A stretch of DNA of 64,000 bases from Squalus acanthias (GCA_030390025.1 CM059432.1:125862001-125926000), one strand, 5' to 3'; positions 12,122-25,782 are shown, numbered from the stretch's first letter. The notes: generated from the sequence alone by a model not told the origin. Numbers and translations are program-made.

Positions 12122-14893
12122 AGGGGAGAGAGAGACTGGGGTGGCGAGGGAGAGAGAGACTGGGGTGGCGAGGGAGAGAGAGACTGGGGTGGCGAGAGAG
12201 AGAGAGACTGGGGTGGCGAGAGAGAGAGAGAGACTGGGGTGGCGAGAGAGAGAGAGAGACTGGGGTGGCGAGAGAGAGAGAGACGGGGGGAATGAGAGAG
12301 AGACTGGGGGAATGAGAGAGAGACTGGGGGAATGAGAGAGAGACTGGGGGGGAATGAGAGAGAGACTGGGGGGGAATGAGAGAGAGACTGGGGGGGAATG
12401 AGAGAGAGACTGGGGGGGAATGAGAGAGAGACTGGGGGGGAATGAGAGAGAGACTGGGGGGGAATGAGAGAGAGACTGGGGGGGAATGAGAGAGAGACTG
12501 GGGGGGAATGAGAGAGAGACTGGGGGGGGAATGAGAGAGAGACTGGGGGGGAATGAGAGAGAGACTGGGGGGGAATGAGAGAGAGACTGGGGGAATGAGA
12601 GAGAGACTGGGGGAATGAGAGAGAGACTGGGGGGGAATGAGAGAGAGACTGGGGGGGAATGAGAGAGAGACTGGGGGGGAATGAGAGAGAGACTGGGGGA
12701 ATGAGAGAGAGACTGGGGGAATGAGAGAGAGACTGGGGGGGGAATGAGAGAGAGACTGGGGGGGAATGAGAGAGAGACTGGGGGGGGAATGAGAGAGAGA
12801 CTGGGGGGGAATGAGAGAGAGACTGGGGGGGAATGAGAGAGAGACTGGGGGGGAATGAGAGAGAGACTGGGGGGGAATGAGAGAGAGACTGGGGGGGAAT
12901 GAGAGAGAGACGGGGGGGAATGAGAGAGAGACTGGGGGGGAATGAGAGAGAGACTGGGGGGGAATGAGCGAGAGACTGGGGGGGAATGAGCGAGAGACTG
13001 GGGGGGAATGAGCGAGAGACTGGGGGGGAATGAGGAGCGAGAGACTGGGGGGGAATGAGCGAGAGACTGGGGGGGAATGAGAGAGAGACTGGGGGGGAAT
13101 GAGAGAGAGACTGGGGGGGGAATGAGAGAGAGACTGGGGGGGAATGAGAGAGAGACTGGGGGGGAATGAGAGAGAGACTGGGGGGGGAATGAGAGAGAGA
13201 CTGGGGGGGGAATGAGAGAGAGACTGGGGGGGGGAATGAGAGAGAGACTGGGGGGGGGAATGAGAGAGAGACTGGGGGGGGGAATGAGAGAGAGACTGGG
13301 GGGGGAATGAGAGAGAGACTGCGGGGGGGGAATGAAAGAGAGACTGGGGGGGGGAATGAAAGAGAGACTGGGGGGGGAGGGAGAGAGAGAGACGGGGGGG
13401 GGAGGGAGAGAGAGAGACGGGGGGGGGAGGGAGAGAGAGAGACGGGGGGGGGGAGGGAGAGAGAGAGACGGGGGGGAGGGAGAGAGAGAGACGGGGGGGA
13501 GGGAGAGAGAGAGACGGGGGGGAGGGAGAGAGAGAGACGGGGGGGGAGGGAGAGAGAGAGACGGGGGGGAGGGAGAGAGAGAGACGGGGGGAGGGAGAGA
13601 GAGAGAGAGACTGGGGGGGGAGGGAGAGAGAGAGACTGGGGGGAGGGAGAGAGAGAGACTGGGGGGGAGGGAGAGAGAGAGACTGGGGGGGGAGGGAGAG
13701 AGAGAGACTGGGGGGGGAGGGAGAGAGAGAGACTGGGGGGGGAGGGAGAGAGAGAGACGGGGGGGAGGGAGAGAGAGAGACTGGGGGGGAGGGAGAGAGA
13801 GAGACTGGGGGGGGAGGGAGAGAGAGAGAGAGACTGGGGGGGGAGGGAGAGAGAGAGAGAGACTGGGGGGGGAGGGAGAGAGAGAGAGAGACTGGGGGGG
13901 GAGGGAGAGAGAGAGAGAGACTGGGGGGGGAGGGAGAGAGAGAGAGAGACTGGGGGGGGAGGGAGAGAGAGAGAGAGACTGGGGGGGGGAGGGAGAGAGA
14001 GAGAGAGACTGGGGGGGGAGGGAGAGAGAGAGAGAGACTGGGGGGGGGGAGGGAGAGAGAGAGAGACTGGGGGGGGGAGGGAGAGAGAGAGACTGGGGGG
14101 AGGGAGAGAGAGAGACTGGGGGGGGAGGGAGAGAGAGAGACTGGGGGGGGAGGGAGAGAGAGAGACTGGGGGGGAGGGAGAGAGAGAGAGACTGGGGGGG
14201 GAGGGAAGAGAGAGAGACTGGGGGGAGGGAGAGAGAGAGACTGGGGGGGAGGGAGAGAGAGAGACTGGGGGGGAGGGAGAGAGAGAGAGAGGGGGGAGGG
14301 AGAGAGAGAGACTGGGGGGGAGGGAGAGAGAGAGAGACTGGGGGGGAGGGAGAGAGAGAGACTGGGGGGGGGAGGGAGAGAGAGAGACTGGGGGGGGAGG
14401 GAGAGAGAGAGACGGGGGGGAGGGAGAGAGAGAGACGGGGGGGGAGGGAGAGAGAGAGACTGGGGGGAGGGAGAGAGAGAGAGACTGGGGGGGAGGGAGA
14501 GAGAGAGACTGGGGGGGGAGGGGGAGAGAGAGAGAGACTGGGGGGGGAGGAGAGAGAGAGACTGGGGGGGGAGGGAGAGAGAGAGAGACTGGGGGGGAGG
14601 GAGAGAGAGAGACTGGGGGGGAGGGAGAGAGAGAGACTGGGGGGGAGGGGAGAGAGAGAGAGACTGGGGGGGAGGGAGAGAGAGAGACTGGGGGGGAGGG
14701 AGAGAGAGAGACTGGGGGGGGAGGGAGAGAGAGACTGGGGGGGGAGGGAGAGAGAGAGACTGGGGGGGAGGAGAGAGAGAGACTGGGGGGGGGGAGGGAG
14801 AGAGAGAGACGGGGGGGGAGAGAGAGAGAGAGAGACGGGGGGGGAGAGAGAGAGAGAGAGACGGGGGGGGAGAGAGAGAGAGACTGGGGGGGA
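12122..14893. repeat. About 2.8-kb purine-rich compound minisatellite ((GA)nCTG(G)n units of about 20-26 bp)
   Basis: Units gagagagactggggtggcga, then gaatgagagagagactgggggg, then gagggagagagagagactgggggg. Confidence 0.98.
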
Positions 14894-15849
14894 AGGATCC
14901 CGCCCCCTGACCCCCCCCCCCCCCGGAAAATTCCCTCCTATAGCTTTTGATTTCTCCCTCATCGTAAGGGAATGTCTGACATCTGCTTACTACTTCCTAG
15001 AGTGATGTGGTTGAGTCCAAAGATCATGGATGTAATGCAATATGCTACCACTCTGTGGTACCATTTGGATCATGGATACAAACCCTTCTGCTACCACTGT
15101 TGTGTCATGCATGTGCTATGTCACTGTGCCACTTAGACCATCAATTGGAGTTTCAGTTCAACATTCCACATTTATCACAACATGGTGTAATCTGTAACTA
15201 GACAGAGAATTAAATGAAACACAGAACTGGTGAAACCCAACACAGAATATGCATTAGAATATAGATGTCCATATTAGGGCCTGTGAGCCCTGGCTATCTG
15301 GTTCATGAAGCCACAGTAATTTACTGAACTGCAGTCCATGTTGTTTCTATTTCCTGCTATTTTCTTACGCTGCTAGGTGTGTCTACTTGAATTTGGTCAG
15401 GCTGGTGGTTGGAAAAGGTCTGCTCTTAATGTTTCCCTTATTGTTGGATAAATTCTAATTTCACCAATGAGAGAGTAGCACTGAAATAAAAAGACCTTTA
15501 CAAACAGCTGGGCCTGCCTATTTCAAGCATGTGAAACCAGTGACATAAAAATAAATGGTAAATAGATATGGAGTAACAATTTGAAACAGCTGGTAAGTTA
15601 GTTTGGTGGGAGTAATGTTCGGTGTATTTAACTACACAAAATTAATTTTAGTTTAGCAGAGTTGGTCATTCAGTAGCAATGGTTTTGCCACAACATTGTG
15701 GATGTATAATAGAGGTAGACCATTGGAATGTTAATGTGGGAGTACTTGAGGCTGACAATGGATGCCATTAGTAGAAATGTGTTCTATTCTCTGCCTGTCA
15801 CATCTGTTACTTTAATGAGGTCAAAGATTCACTCAAAATATTTTTAAAA

Positions 15850-16035
15850 AGAAAAGAAAGGCTTGCATTTATTTAACGCCTTTCACGACCACCGGACGTC
15901 CCAAAGCACTTTACGGCCAATGAAGAACTTTTTGAAGTGTAGTCACTGTTGTAATGTAGGAAAAGCGGCAGCCAATTTGTGCACAGCAAGCTCCCACAAA
16001 CAGCAATGTGATAATGACCAGATCATCTGTTTTTT
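15850..16035 (-). mobile_element. SacSINE1-like DeuSINE 3' fragment
   Basis: Matches 47597-47780. Confidence 0.8.
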
Positions 16036-16169
16036 TTAGTAAATAAAAGGTAAAGTGGAGTAAATAAAGGTGAATTGGTAACAATGCTTTAAAAGTGGAG
16101 AAAAAAGAGAAACACTTTGAAGATAAATTTTCACGAGTACTTTTTCTCCCAAAACTCTAACAAAACAGA

Positions 16170-17670
16170 AATAAGAACATAAGAAATAAGAGCAGGAGCA
16201 GGCCATTTGGCCCCTAGAGCCTGCTCCGCCATTTAATAAGATCATGGCTGATCCGATTTTGGCCTCAACTCCACTTTCCTGCCCGCTCCCCATAACCCTT
16301 CACTCCCCTGTTGCTCAAAAATCTGTCTATTTCAGCCTTGAATATATTCAATGATTCAGTTTCCACAGCTCTCTGGGGTAAAGAATTCCAAAGATTCATG
16401 ACCCTCTGAGAGAAGGAATTCTTCCTCATCTCCGTCTTAAATTGGCGACCCCTTATTCTGAGACTATGCCCCCTCGTTCTAGATTCCCCCACGAGGGGAA
16501 ACATCTTCTCAGCATCTACCCTGTCCAACCCCCTCAGAATTTTATGTTTCAATAAGACTATCTCTCATTCTTCTAAACTCCAATGAGTATAGGCCCAACC
16601 TGCTCAACCTTTCCTCATAAGACAACCCTTCCATCCCAGGAATCAACCTAGTGAACCTTCTCTGAACTGCCTCCAATGCAAGTGTATCCCTCCTTAAATA
16701 AGGGGACCAAAACTGTGTGCAGTACTCTAGGTGTGGTCTCACCAGCGCCCTATACAGTTATAGCAAGACTTCCCTACTTTTATACTCTATCCCCCTTGAA
16801 ATAAAGGCCAACATTCCATTTGCCTTCCTAATTACTTGCTGCACCTGCATGTTAACTTTTTGTGATTCATGTACGAGGACACCCAAATCCCTCTGTACCG
16901 CCGCATTCTGTAGTCTTTCTCCATTTAAATAATATTTTTCTTTTCTATTCTTCCTACCAAAGTGGATAACTTCACATTTTCCCACATTATACTCCATCTG
17001 CCAAATTCTTGCCCACTCACTTAAACTATCTATATCCCTTTGCAGACTCTTTATGTCCTCCTCACAACTTGCTTTCCCACCTATCTTTGTATCGTCTGCA
17101 AATTTGGCTACAATACACTCGCTTCCTTCATCCAAGTCATTAATATAGATTGAAAATAGTTGAGGCCCCAGCACTGATCCCTGTGGCCCCCCTAGTTACA
17201 GATTGCCATCCTGAAAATGACCCATTTATCCCGACTTTCTGTTAGTTAGCCAATCCTCTATCCAATCTAATATATTACCCCCAACACCATGAGCTCTTAT
17301 CTTATGCAGTAACCTTTTATGTGGCACCTTGTCGAATTCCTTTTGGAAATCCAAATACACCACATCTACTGGTTCCCCTTTATCCACCCTGTTCGTTACC
17401 TCCTCAAAGAACTCTAATAATTTGTCAAACACTATTTCCCTTTCATAAAACCATGTTGACTCTGTTTGATTGTACTATGATTTTCTAAATGCCCTGCTAC
17501 TACTTCCTTAATAATGGATTTGAGCATTTTGCCAATGACAGATGTTAGGCTAACTGGCCTATAGTTTCCTGCTTTCTGTCACCCTCCTTTTTTGAGTAAG
17601 GGCGTTACATTTGCGGTTTTCCAATCCGCAGGGACTTTTCCAGAATCAAGGGAATTTTGGAAGATTACAA
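16170..17670 (-). mobile_element. CR1 (HER1-like) LINE, RT pseudogene
   Basis: [35 protein letters not shown]; ataagaacataaga tail. Confidence 0.95.
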
Positions 17671-18149
17671 ATGGATGTCTGATCCACTTAAAGTCAGGAT
17701 GTTTTGTATTCATGATGTTTCAAGCTATTTTCAATAAAGCCTTTATGAATGTGTGATATGAATTAATGAATGAAGCATGAACCTGTCAGTGCTTTTAGTT
17801 GGATGAGGCTCTATTGCAGTATTTGGTCTGAGTGATCAGGGGGCAATAAATCAGCTGGCTTACATCATCTTCTTTTGTATGTTGTTTATCAAGGCAGAGT
17901 AGAACGTGCTGGGAAACAAGTACAGTTGCACCATAATAAGATCATTAAGCTAATTCGAGTGTAACATGATCCTGCATCAGTCTACAGTTCCAATATTACC
18001 CTTGCAGTATGTTTAACTTGAGAAAAAGATTCTCAATGTCATCCAAAGGTGGTGGCCATTCTTTTCCAAGTTATCCTCAAAGCAGTCTTTTTGAGCAATA
18101 TGAATCTGAGCTTATATGACAGTGAAAATCTTGGGGTTTATCCCCACAA

Positions 18150-18420
18150 CATGGATATGCAAGACCAAATATAAGAGAGAGACTTATCACTGGATGTGAA
18201 AAGGAAGATGTATGAGGCTAGTGTGCAGGTGACACTTGTCTACAATGAGTCGGACCATGACAAAGTCACAGAAGCATAAAGTTGAATCTTTTGAAATGCA
18301 GTATTCAGGAGGGTTTGGGGTTTTAGCTGGGAGGGCAGATTGACCAACATTGAAGTAATGAGAAGAATGGTTTCTGTGCAGTAACAGCATGTTATAGTGA
18401 GAAAACTATATTGGCTGAAG
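18150..18420 (+). mobile_element. Old RTE-like LINE relic
   Basis: Around 18244 it translates (with an indel) as ES.TMTKSQKHKVESFEM, resembling the RTE/BovB ESWT..K..I.AFEM motif. Confidence 0.45.
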
Positions 18421-19078
18421 GTCAGAGGCTTTGGAAAAGGCCAAATAAAAATCAGTAGCTGAGATGGTAGGATTGTGTAGGCGAAGTCCGAAAAAGAAGA
18501 ATGACAACAGGCAGACAGCTGCAGGAGTTGGCAGAGGGGAGTGCACAGTGGCTTTTGTAAATTCTATGATGACTGCTGTTGGGTGCTTTCTGTGGTCAAG
18601 GCTAGACTGCACATTTTTCAAAGGTTGTGTAGAGTCTGTGAAGTTAGGGGAACCTGTGAAAGTCATTAATTAATTTTGTAGTATTTTACATTGATTTTAG
18701 GGCATATAAAAATTTCACATGGTTCACTTCACAACTCTAAACAACACAAAACATACTGCCCTCCTTATGATTTCTGAGTAAGATTCACAATTTAGTGTGG
18801 CAGTGCAAAGCAGTTTCTTGCAATGCAATCATGTTCACTTAGAACTAGATTAATTTACTGTCCATATTCATCTTATTTTGATCCTTTGAACAGGCACACA
18901 GTGATTCCCTGTGGAATTTCAAGGCCAAAGTTTTCTTAAAATCAACATTGAAAAAAATAGTTAAAGTGGCTTTCACCGCTCCTGAGTTTTTTTGCTCTTG
19001 TCTAAATTAACTTTTTTGCTCACCAAAAATTGTTACTTTAACCAGTTGAATTGATTCTTATGGAATCATAGAGTCATA

Positions 19079-19922
19079 GGGCTGGATTTTACCAGCCCTG
19101 AGGAGGCGGGTTTGGAGGCGGGACCGTTGGGAAAGTCAAAAAGAATGGGAGCGGGTCCCGAACCCGCTCCCAACCCGCTCCAACCAATCTTCCCGGGAGT
19201 CGGGTCCCCAATTTGCGCAGGGACCCGACTCGTAGTGGCGGGAAAGGATTATAGCCACTTAACTGCCTGTTAAGAGGCTTTTCCAAATTTTTCGACTGCT
19301 GCTGCGGGCTTCCTGACGTCGGGGAACCCCGCCAAGGTAAGTGAGGCGTGCTGTGGGTCTGTTGTTATGTTGGTGTTTGGATGACAGCTGCAGAAGTGGT
19401 GTGAGGGATGCAATGGGACAATGGTTAGTATCAGAGGTAAGGACATGTTGTGAAAGTAATTTTTAATGTGGTTAGATGTTTCTGGAGGTGACAAGCTTTG
19501 AAGTGTTTGTGGAGCCTCATCTCATTGGGAGAAGTGACAGATGGCGTCTGCAATCTCAGCTGCAGCTGCCATCTGTTTTATCCTAAGGAGAGAGTAATTG
19601 GAGAGCCTGGGTACAAGGGGTCACCTGTGTACACTGATTGTCAGTGTTTGACAGCACCTCAGTGCTGTCAAACACTGACAATTCAGCTGTCAAACAAGTG
19701 TGGTACATATGCCTTTAAGAAAACCGGCAGATGAAATGTCATCAACTGACGTCATCTGACAACAGCTTTCCCTTAATTGGCCAGCAAGCCCACAGGGCGG
19801 GCCTAACCAGGCCAATCAGGGCAAAATAGCGTCTGTTCGTCAGACGTCGCTGGGGGGCCGGACTAGAACCCGGAAGGCAGCAGTCCTGCCCCCAACTCGT
19901 CTCGGTAAGTAAAATCCAGCCC
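19079..19922. mobile_element. Harbinger-type MITE inserted in a CR1 3' tail
   Basis: 14-bp TIR gggctggattttac / gtaaaatccagccc; TSD ata at 19076-78 and 19923-25. Confidence 0.93.
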
Positions 19923-19925
19923 ATA

Positions 19926-20450
19926 GAGTCTAGCAAAAATCTGTTGATCTCAGTTTTGATATTTTTAATTGACCTAGCCTCAACAGCTTTTTGGGGGAGA
20001 AAGTTCCAGATTTCTACTCCCCTTTGTGTGAAGAAGTGTTTCCTGACATCACCCCTGAGCCTAGCTCTAATTTTAAGGTTATGCCCCTTTGTTCTGGACT
20101 CCCCCCCACTGGCGGAAATAGTTTCTCACTATCTACCCTATCAACTCCTTTGATCATCTTAAATACCTCAATTAGATCACCCCTTAATCTTCCATACTCA
20201 AGGGAATACAAGCCTATGCAAACTGTCCTCATAATTTAACCCCTTTAGCCCCGGTATAATTCTGGTGAACCTGCGCTGCACCCCCTCCAAGGCCAATATA
20301 TATCCCTCCTGAGGTGGAGTGCCCAGAACTGAATGCAGTACTCCAGATGGGGTCTAACCAAAGCTCAGTACAGCTGTAACATAACTTCCACCCCTTTGTA
20401 TTCCAGCCCTCTTGAAATAAAGGCCAACATTCCATTGGCCTTTTTAATTA
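19926..20450 (-). mobile_element. CR1 3' fragment (its tail also lies at 19060-19078)
   Basis: GLYSLEYGRLRGDLIEVFKMIKG. Confidence 0.85.
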
Positions 20451-20629
20451 AAAAAAAAAGTTTTTTAATTAGTCTGAACATTATGGATTATTTGTGGGTT
20501 CTGGCATTGTAATAAGAAGACAATAGAGTTTCTCTGCTTTATTTAATACTGTGAAAGGAAGCATCACTCCAGCCAAATCTGCATTTCTTTTGCAATCAAG
20601 TGTGATAGGTGGATTGACTTGGACACCTT

Positions 20630-23600
20630 GGGCTCGATTTTAATAGCCCTGAGGAGGTGGGTTTGGAGGCAGATCTATTGCGAAAATCGGAAAAAATGGC
20701 TTCAGACACCCAACCCGCCTCCATCTCGCCCCCACCCGATTTTCGTGAGTGTCTGTTTAGCCGCTCCCAAACTGACCCGTCTCCAACCGGTGGGACAGGT
20801 AGTTAAGGCAGTTAAGAGCCTGTTAACTGCCTTGCTAATCCTATTTTCATAGTGGTTTCCCATTTTCGTGCTTCTGGCTCCTGTTTCCCGACTTGTCAGA
20901 AACAGGCCAGGTTCAAGGAGACGAGTTGCTGGAGGACATGATTTGTATGCATTGGTGAAGCGCTTTAAAAGCGCCCCTGAAACATGGCTGACATTCAAAT
21001 GCAACAACTTTGCTGTTGTAGGTATGGGATAAGATTTTACACATCTACTGACCTTCTGACTGTTCAAGCTGAAACCATCTGCAGTGTGACCTGAATGGAA
21101 TAATTTCAGGCCACTTCGACGATGCGCTTGCAAGCTTGTTCCCTCAAATGAAATCTATAGCAAGGGGATGGGAAACATTTATGCCCTCTCATCCTGGTCC
21201 TCATAATCGGAGGAGCAGCTCAGCGCAGATCTTCCTGGGAAGAGGAATAGGAGGAGGAGGAGGGGCGCCTTGCATACCCTGTTGTGACCAATGCAGCATC
21301 CCTCCAGTTCACTGCTGCACGTCAACCAGGGTATGCACACTGCCATGCCACATTCGCATAAGCTTACTCTTCAACCATAGGTGGCTACCATATGGCTCTG
21401 TAATTGTAGGCGACACTTGTCCAACGCCATACTTCATCTCTGCTATACCCTGTTATTTCCTATCACTTTTACCATCAGCATTACAAAAGCAAGTCGCCCT
21501 GAGCCCTCAATGCGCTTTTACCATTTCCCATAACACATAGGCCACACAATCAACTGTTTGCCATAATTTTTCTTTTACACACGACAAAAGGATCATAAAC
21601 CAACAACAGTCAGAAAAAAAAGATAAAACACCCACGTGAGTCCCCTTGTGACTATAGGTGCTTAATCTTTCTCTTACGCATGCTTCTACGTGGTGCTTCC
21701 CCTGTGGCTTCAGATGTAGAGGCACCTTGCTGACTAGGATGCTGCGCCTGCTTAGAAGCCTTTGGCGGGCGTCCTCTGGGTTTGGGAGCCTGGGAGGGCT
21801 CTTCAGCAGTCTGCTCTTCCTGCAGCTGTGCAGGGGCTGAAACGGCCATCTCAGTTGTCTCTGCAAAGTGGGTCTCTGACCGAGGGCTCCGCAGTGGCAT
21901 GGTTGTGCGAGTGCTTTGAGAGGAGCCCACACTTCCTTCTGTCCTGCCAACAACATCCCTCTCATGAGTCAGCCGCATCTCAGTGCTGGCAAGTGGCTGG
22001 AGAGCACCTTGCTGCACTTCAGGGGGGCCATGAGGACCCGTATCTGGCAGTCCTCATCAAAAGGACGTCCATGAAGCTCTGGTCTCTCTGCTCAATAGCT
22101 GCACATCGCTCCTCCTGAGATGTCATTCTATTCTGAACAGTCACCATGTTTTCGTGACTCTGGCGACTTATTTCCTCCATGGCTGTAGCCATCCTTTCCA
22201 CGGAGGTAGCCATTCCTATCCATGGTGGTGCATTCATGCGCCATTGCCTCCACAACGGCAATGCTGATGTTAGAGATGGACTCCTCCATTCTCTCCACAC
22301 TCGCACTAACCCTGGAGGCAAACCCTTCCAGAGACACCTGCACTTGTTCCTGTATTTCCGCTCTTTTTCTGGATGATCCCAGAGGCACAGCGTCTGCATG
22401 CAGTTCAGCAGAACTAGGAGAGTTATGCGACCTCTGCCAAGGACTCTCTACTGCTGTCGCAGTCTCCACCATCTGCTGATGCTCACTTGTGCGCTGTGAT
22501 AGACCAGGTGGCAACACTACTCTAACTCGCAATGGCTCCACCGAGGTGTGCGTTGCTGCGCTGGTGCTGGGTGCGCTGAGTCCTGGTGACGCTGCTCCCT
22601 CAGATGCTTATGGTCCCTCTGAGGAGATGTCCGGGTCTTCATCCTGGATCGTGGGGAGGGGCGCGCTCGATGGTCCTGTGTGAGAGTAAAGGCATGATTT
22701 AGACATCTGATATTGATGTAGCAGACACATCCTTTTGAGCAGATGATACATTGCGATTCTCTATGAACATCATATGCCATTGCTTTCTGAGAGGGATGAA
22801 ACTCTATTATGTCACCAGCTTCCTCTAGTGTGCCCGTCTCTCCATCGCCCACTTCCAGGTCCTCGCCACCTCCAACAATCTCGTTTGCTGCCTCCTCAGT
22901 ACTGGTCGATGTTGCTAGGGTAGGTGTTCCTCCTCCAGTCATAGCCCACAATAAGAGGGAGAGAGCAATCTTTTCCTGCAAGGGGGGACACAAGCGGTGT
23001 TTCAGCCACAGTGATGGAGTGAGTGTGAATAATCCCTACCATAGAAGCTTTGAGTGAGACGAAGATAGGGTAAGGTGCCAAGAGGAAGGTAGTTCCCTGT
23101 GCGTTGTTAGTTGTTGTCACTGCATGACAGTGAGAGCGAGTCTAAAGGGTGCATAGGCAGGATGCTGAAGTGATTCAGTGCAGAGACAGAGATGGATAGG
23201 AAAGGGTGCAAGGAAGTAAGAGTAAGGTGGGATGTGAAGGAGGAGGCTTACAAAGCAGAGTGCTGGTGATGAGAAGAGAAGGGAAGCAGAGTGAAGGCAA
23301 GTGAGATGGGATACTCACTTTTGATGTTCTCACAAGATCATTAAAACTTTTTCGGCACTGGATCCATGAGCACCTTGCGCTGACCTCCTGAGCAATGCGT
23401 AGCCAGGCTGCCTTGGTCTGCTGAGGAGGCTTCCTCCAGCTATCAGAAGGGAAGAGAATCTCTCTGCGCCCTCTGACAGCATCCACAAGAACTTGGAGGG
23501 ACTCATCATTAAAACGAAGCGCTGCCTTGCCTCTGGAAGAAGTCATAGCGTATAAATCAAGTCCAGGAAACCACAATAGAAAGGCTCAGGCTGGATGGCA

Positions 23601-23808
23601 GCTTTAAAAGCAGCTGCTATTATGACATCATCAGAGGCGGCCAGTCGACCCGATCCCACTCATTGGACCAGCCAGCGCACGTCCTTGAAATTAACAAGCT
23701 CATTGAATCAAAATCGGACATCTGCAGCTGATCGCGCCGGAAGCGGCTCCTGAACCTGCCCGCCACGCAACCCGACTCCAACCCGCCTCGGGAATTAAAC
23801 TCGAGCCC
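20630..23808. mobile_element. Harbinger deletion derivative retaining the Myb/SANT gene; most of the transposase is deleted
   Basis: TIRs gggctcgattttaat / attaaactcgagccc; subterminal repeats shared with the MITEs; short transposase-5'-like stub at about 21170-21350. Confidence 0.88.
21652..23546 (-). pseudogene. Harbinger Myb/SANT DNA-binding protein gene, 3 exons (23546-23319, 22975-22816, 22675-21652), disrupted
   Basis: Exon 1 MTSSRGKAALRFNDESLQVLVDAV..AWLRIAQEV..WIQCRKSFNDL with a gtgagt donor; exon 2 EKIAL..TGGG; the junctions keep phase. In-frame TAA near 22610 and a frameshift in exon 3; basic C-terminus RRSMRKRKIKHL. Confidence 0.85.
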
Positions 23809-24177
23809 TTACCTCTGTTGGGGGTTCAAGCTTTGTGGCAAGAATTGATTGCTGAACAAGCAGAGATTGAGCCTGTGATTGACTATTGAATAATGCTCGT
23901 CTTCCTCCGTGTAGTCACATAAATTAAACAATATTTATTTTCACTCACAGGGATACTGTTATCAACTTTCACATCAGCTGAGAATAGAAATCCAGTAAGA
24001 AACACCACTAGTAAAGGACATTGTGATTACTGAAGGCGAATACCTGACAGAAGAGCAGCAAAATAAAACAAAACCAACAACTAAAGAGGTAGATCACTCA
24101 TCATCTTTCTTCAGATTAAACTTTACTTCTATTATCATGACTATGGTAGACAATCTAATGGTTTTAGGCCATATAAA

Positions 24178-24610
24178 ATAAGAAAGAAAGCCTTGCATTT
24201 ATATAGCGCCTTTCATGACCTCAGGAAGTCCCAAAGTGCTTACAGCCAATGAAGTGTAGTCACTGTTGTAATATAGGAAATGCAGCAGCTAATTTGTATA
24301 CAGCAAGGTCCCACTAACAACAATGAAATAAATGACCAGATAATCTGTGATGATGTTGGCTGAGGGATAAATATTGGCCAGGACATGCCCTGCTCTACTT
24401 CGAATATTGCCATGGGATCCCTTGCATCCATCTGAGATGATAGACTCGATGTCTCATCTGAAAGACGGCACCTCAGACAGTGCAGCACTCCCTCAGTACT
24501 GAACTGAAATGTCATCCTGGATTATGTGCTAAAGCCTCAGGATTGTGTCTTGAACCCACAACCTTCTGACTCAGAGTTGAGAGTGCTCTTATTGAGCCAA
24601 GGCTGATGCC
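24178..24610 (-). mobile_element. SacSINE1-like DeuSINE, near full length
   Basis: Collinear with 47597-48068, including the tRNA-like head (ttgaacccacaaccttctgactcagag). Confidence 0.82.
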
Positions 24611-25782
24611 TAAATGAACAGTGGCAAGCTCCTCCTTAAATCTTCAGAGCTGGTGTTATCTTTTCATCCTGAAAATGCCTCTGAATGAATGATTGATATT
24701 CAGCAATTTCTCTTTGATGTATTCCCTAACATCACAGTACATTTTCCTAGACTGTTTTCTTTTTCAGCATAACTTTCTAGGTAGCATTTTAAATTCTCAG
24801 AAGTGATATTCCTCTCACTATACAGAAAGTCTGTCAAATGGAGATTAAAGCTTTTGCCCATTTGCTAGTACACTTGCAGGAATCTGCGTAGCTCACCAAA
24901 GAGCCACTTAACTGCTATAAATCCAGCATTGCAATGTGCAGTTTCAGGGAGCTATGGAGGAACTGAGCACATAGGAGAAGCTACAATTTACAAAAAAAAA
25001 TCTACAGCTCGTAGACCTACAAAAACACTTTTAGCTGATTTCCACCAATAAATTCCCAGATTTTTTTGAAGGGGTGAATCAGTACAAACTGATTTCCTCT
25101 GGGGAAAAAAAGTAATTATTTTCTTGTCAAGAATCAGGTTTGGAGATGCATGGACGTTGTATCTGTAATATCAGGATACATGTTGAAGAGCACGGATAAT
25201 GACTACAGCTATGTTAGTTACCAAATGGATACACTATATACAATAACTGTAATATACCATTCATCGCACATACTGCAAAATTAAATGTTAACATCATCTA
25301 TTTCATAGTTCAGTCAAATTTTAAAAATACTTGTGCTTCATTGTACTATGGTGGAGATGTGCTACTTGAAGCATTAATTTTAGCAGTTAGCATTTTGCAG
25401 TGCACAGTCCATTCACAAATACTATACATTGATTTACTGTTAAAAAGTCTTGAGAGCATTTTGTGATCATGGGAACTTTTGGAGCTGTCATTGAGGTCTA
25501 TACAGGAGTCTGTAAACAGTCTAAATAATTGTTGATTGTCATTTAGCTTAACTATGCCTAGTTAGTCACTTCCTTGCTTCCTTGAGGTTTAGTGATGTTC
25601 AAAATAAGAACTATTTTTTGCTGACTCTCTCTAAATTGACCTTGATGTTTTTGGGCTTTAATATTTTCCCCTTGATTTTCTCCAGGGTTTTGATGTTAAA
25701 AATAAAAACTGAAAAACACTTATTTAAAAACCAGGGTTTTGTTTTCAGCAATAAGAACTAACTTTAAATGTGCTTAGTCATA

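Noticed and set aside
11858..15005. 1034-aa, 547-aa and 557-aa ORFs (SLSLPPP / GERER)
   Set aside because: Stop-free translations of the minisatellite in several frames on both strands; not genes.
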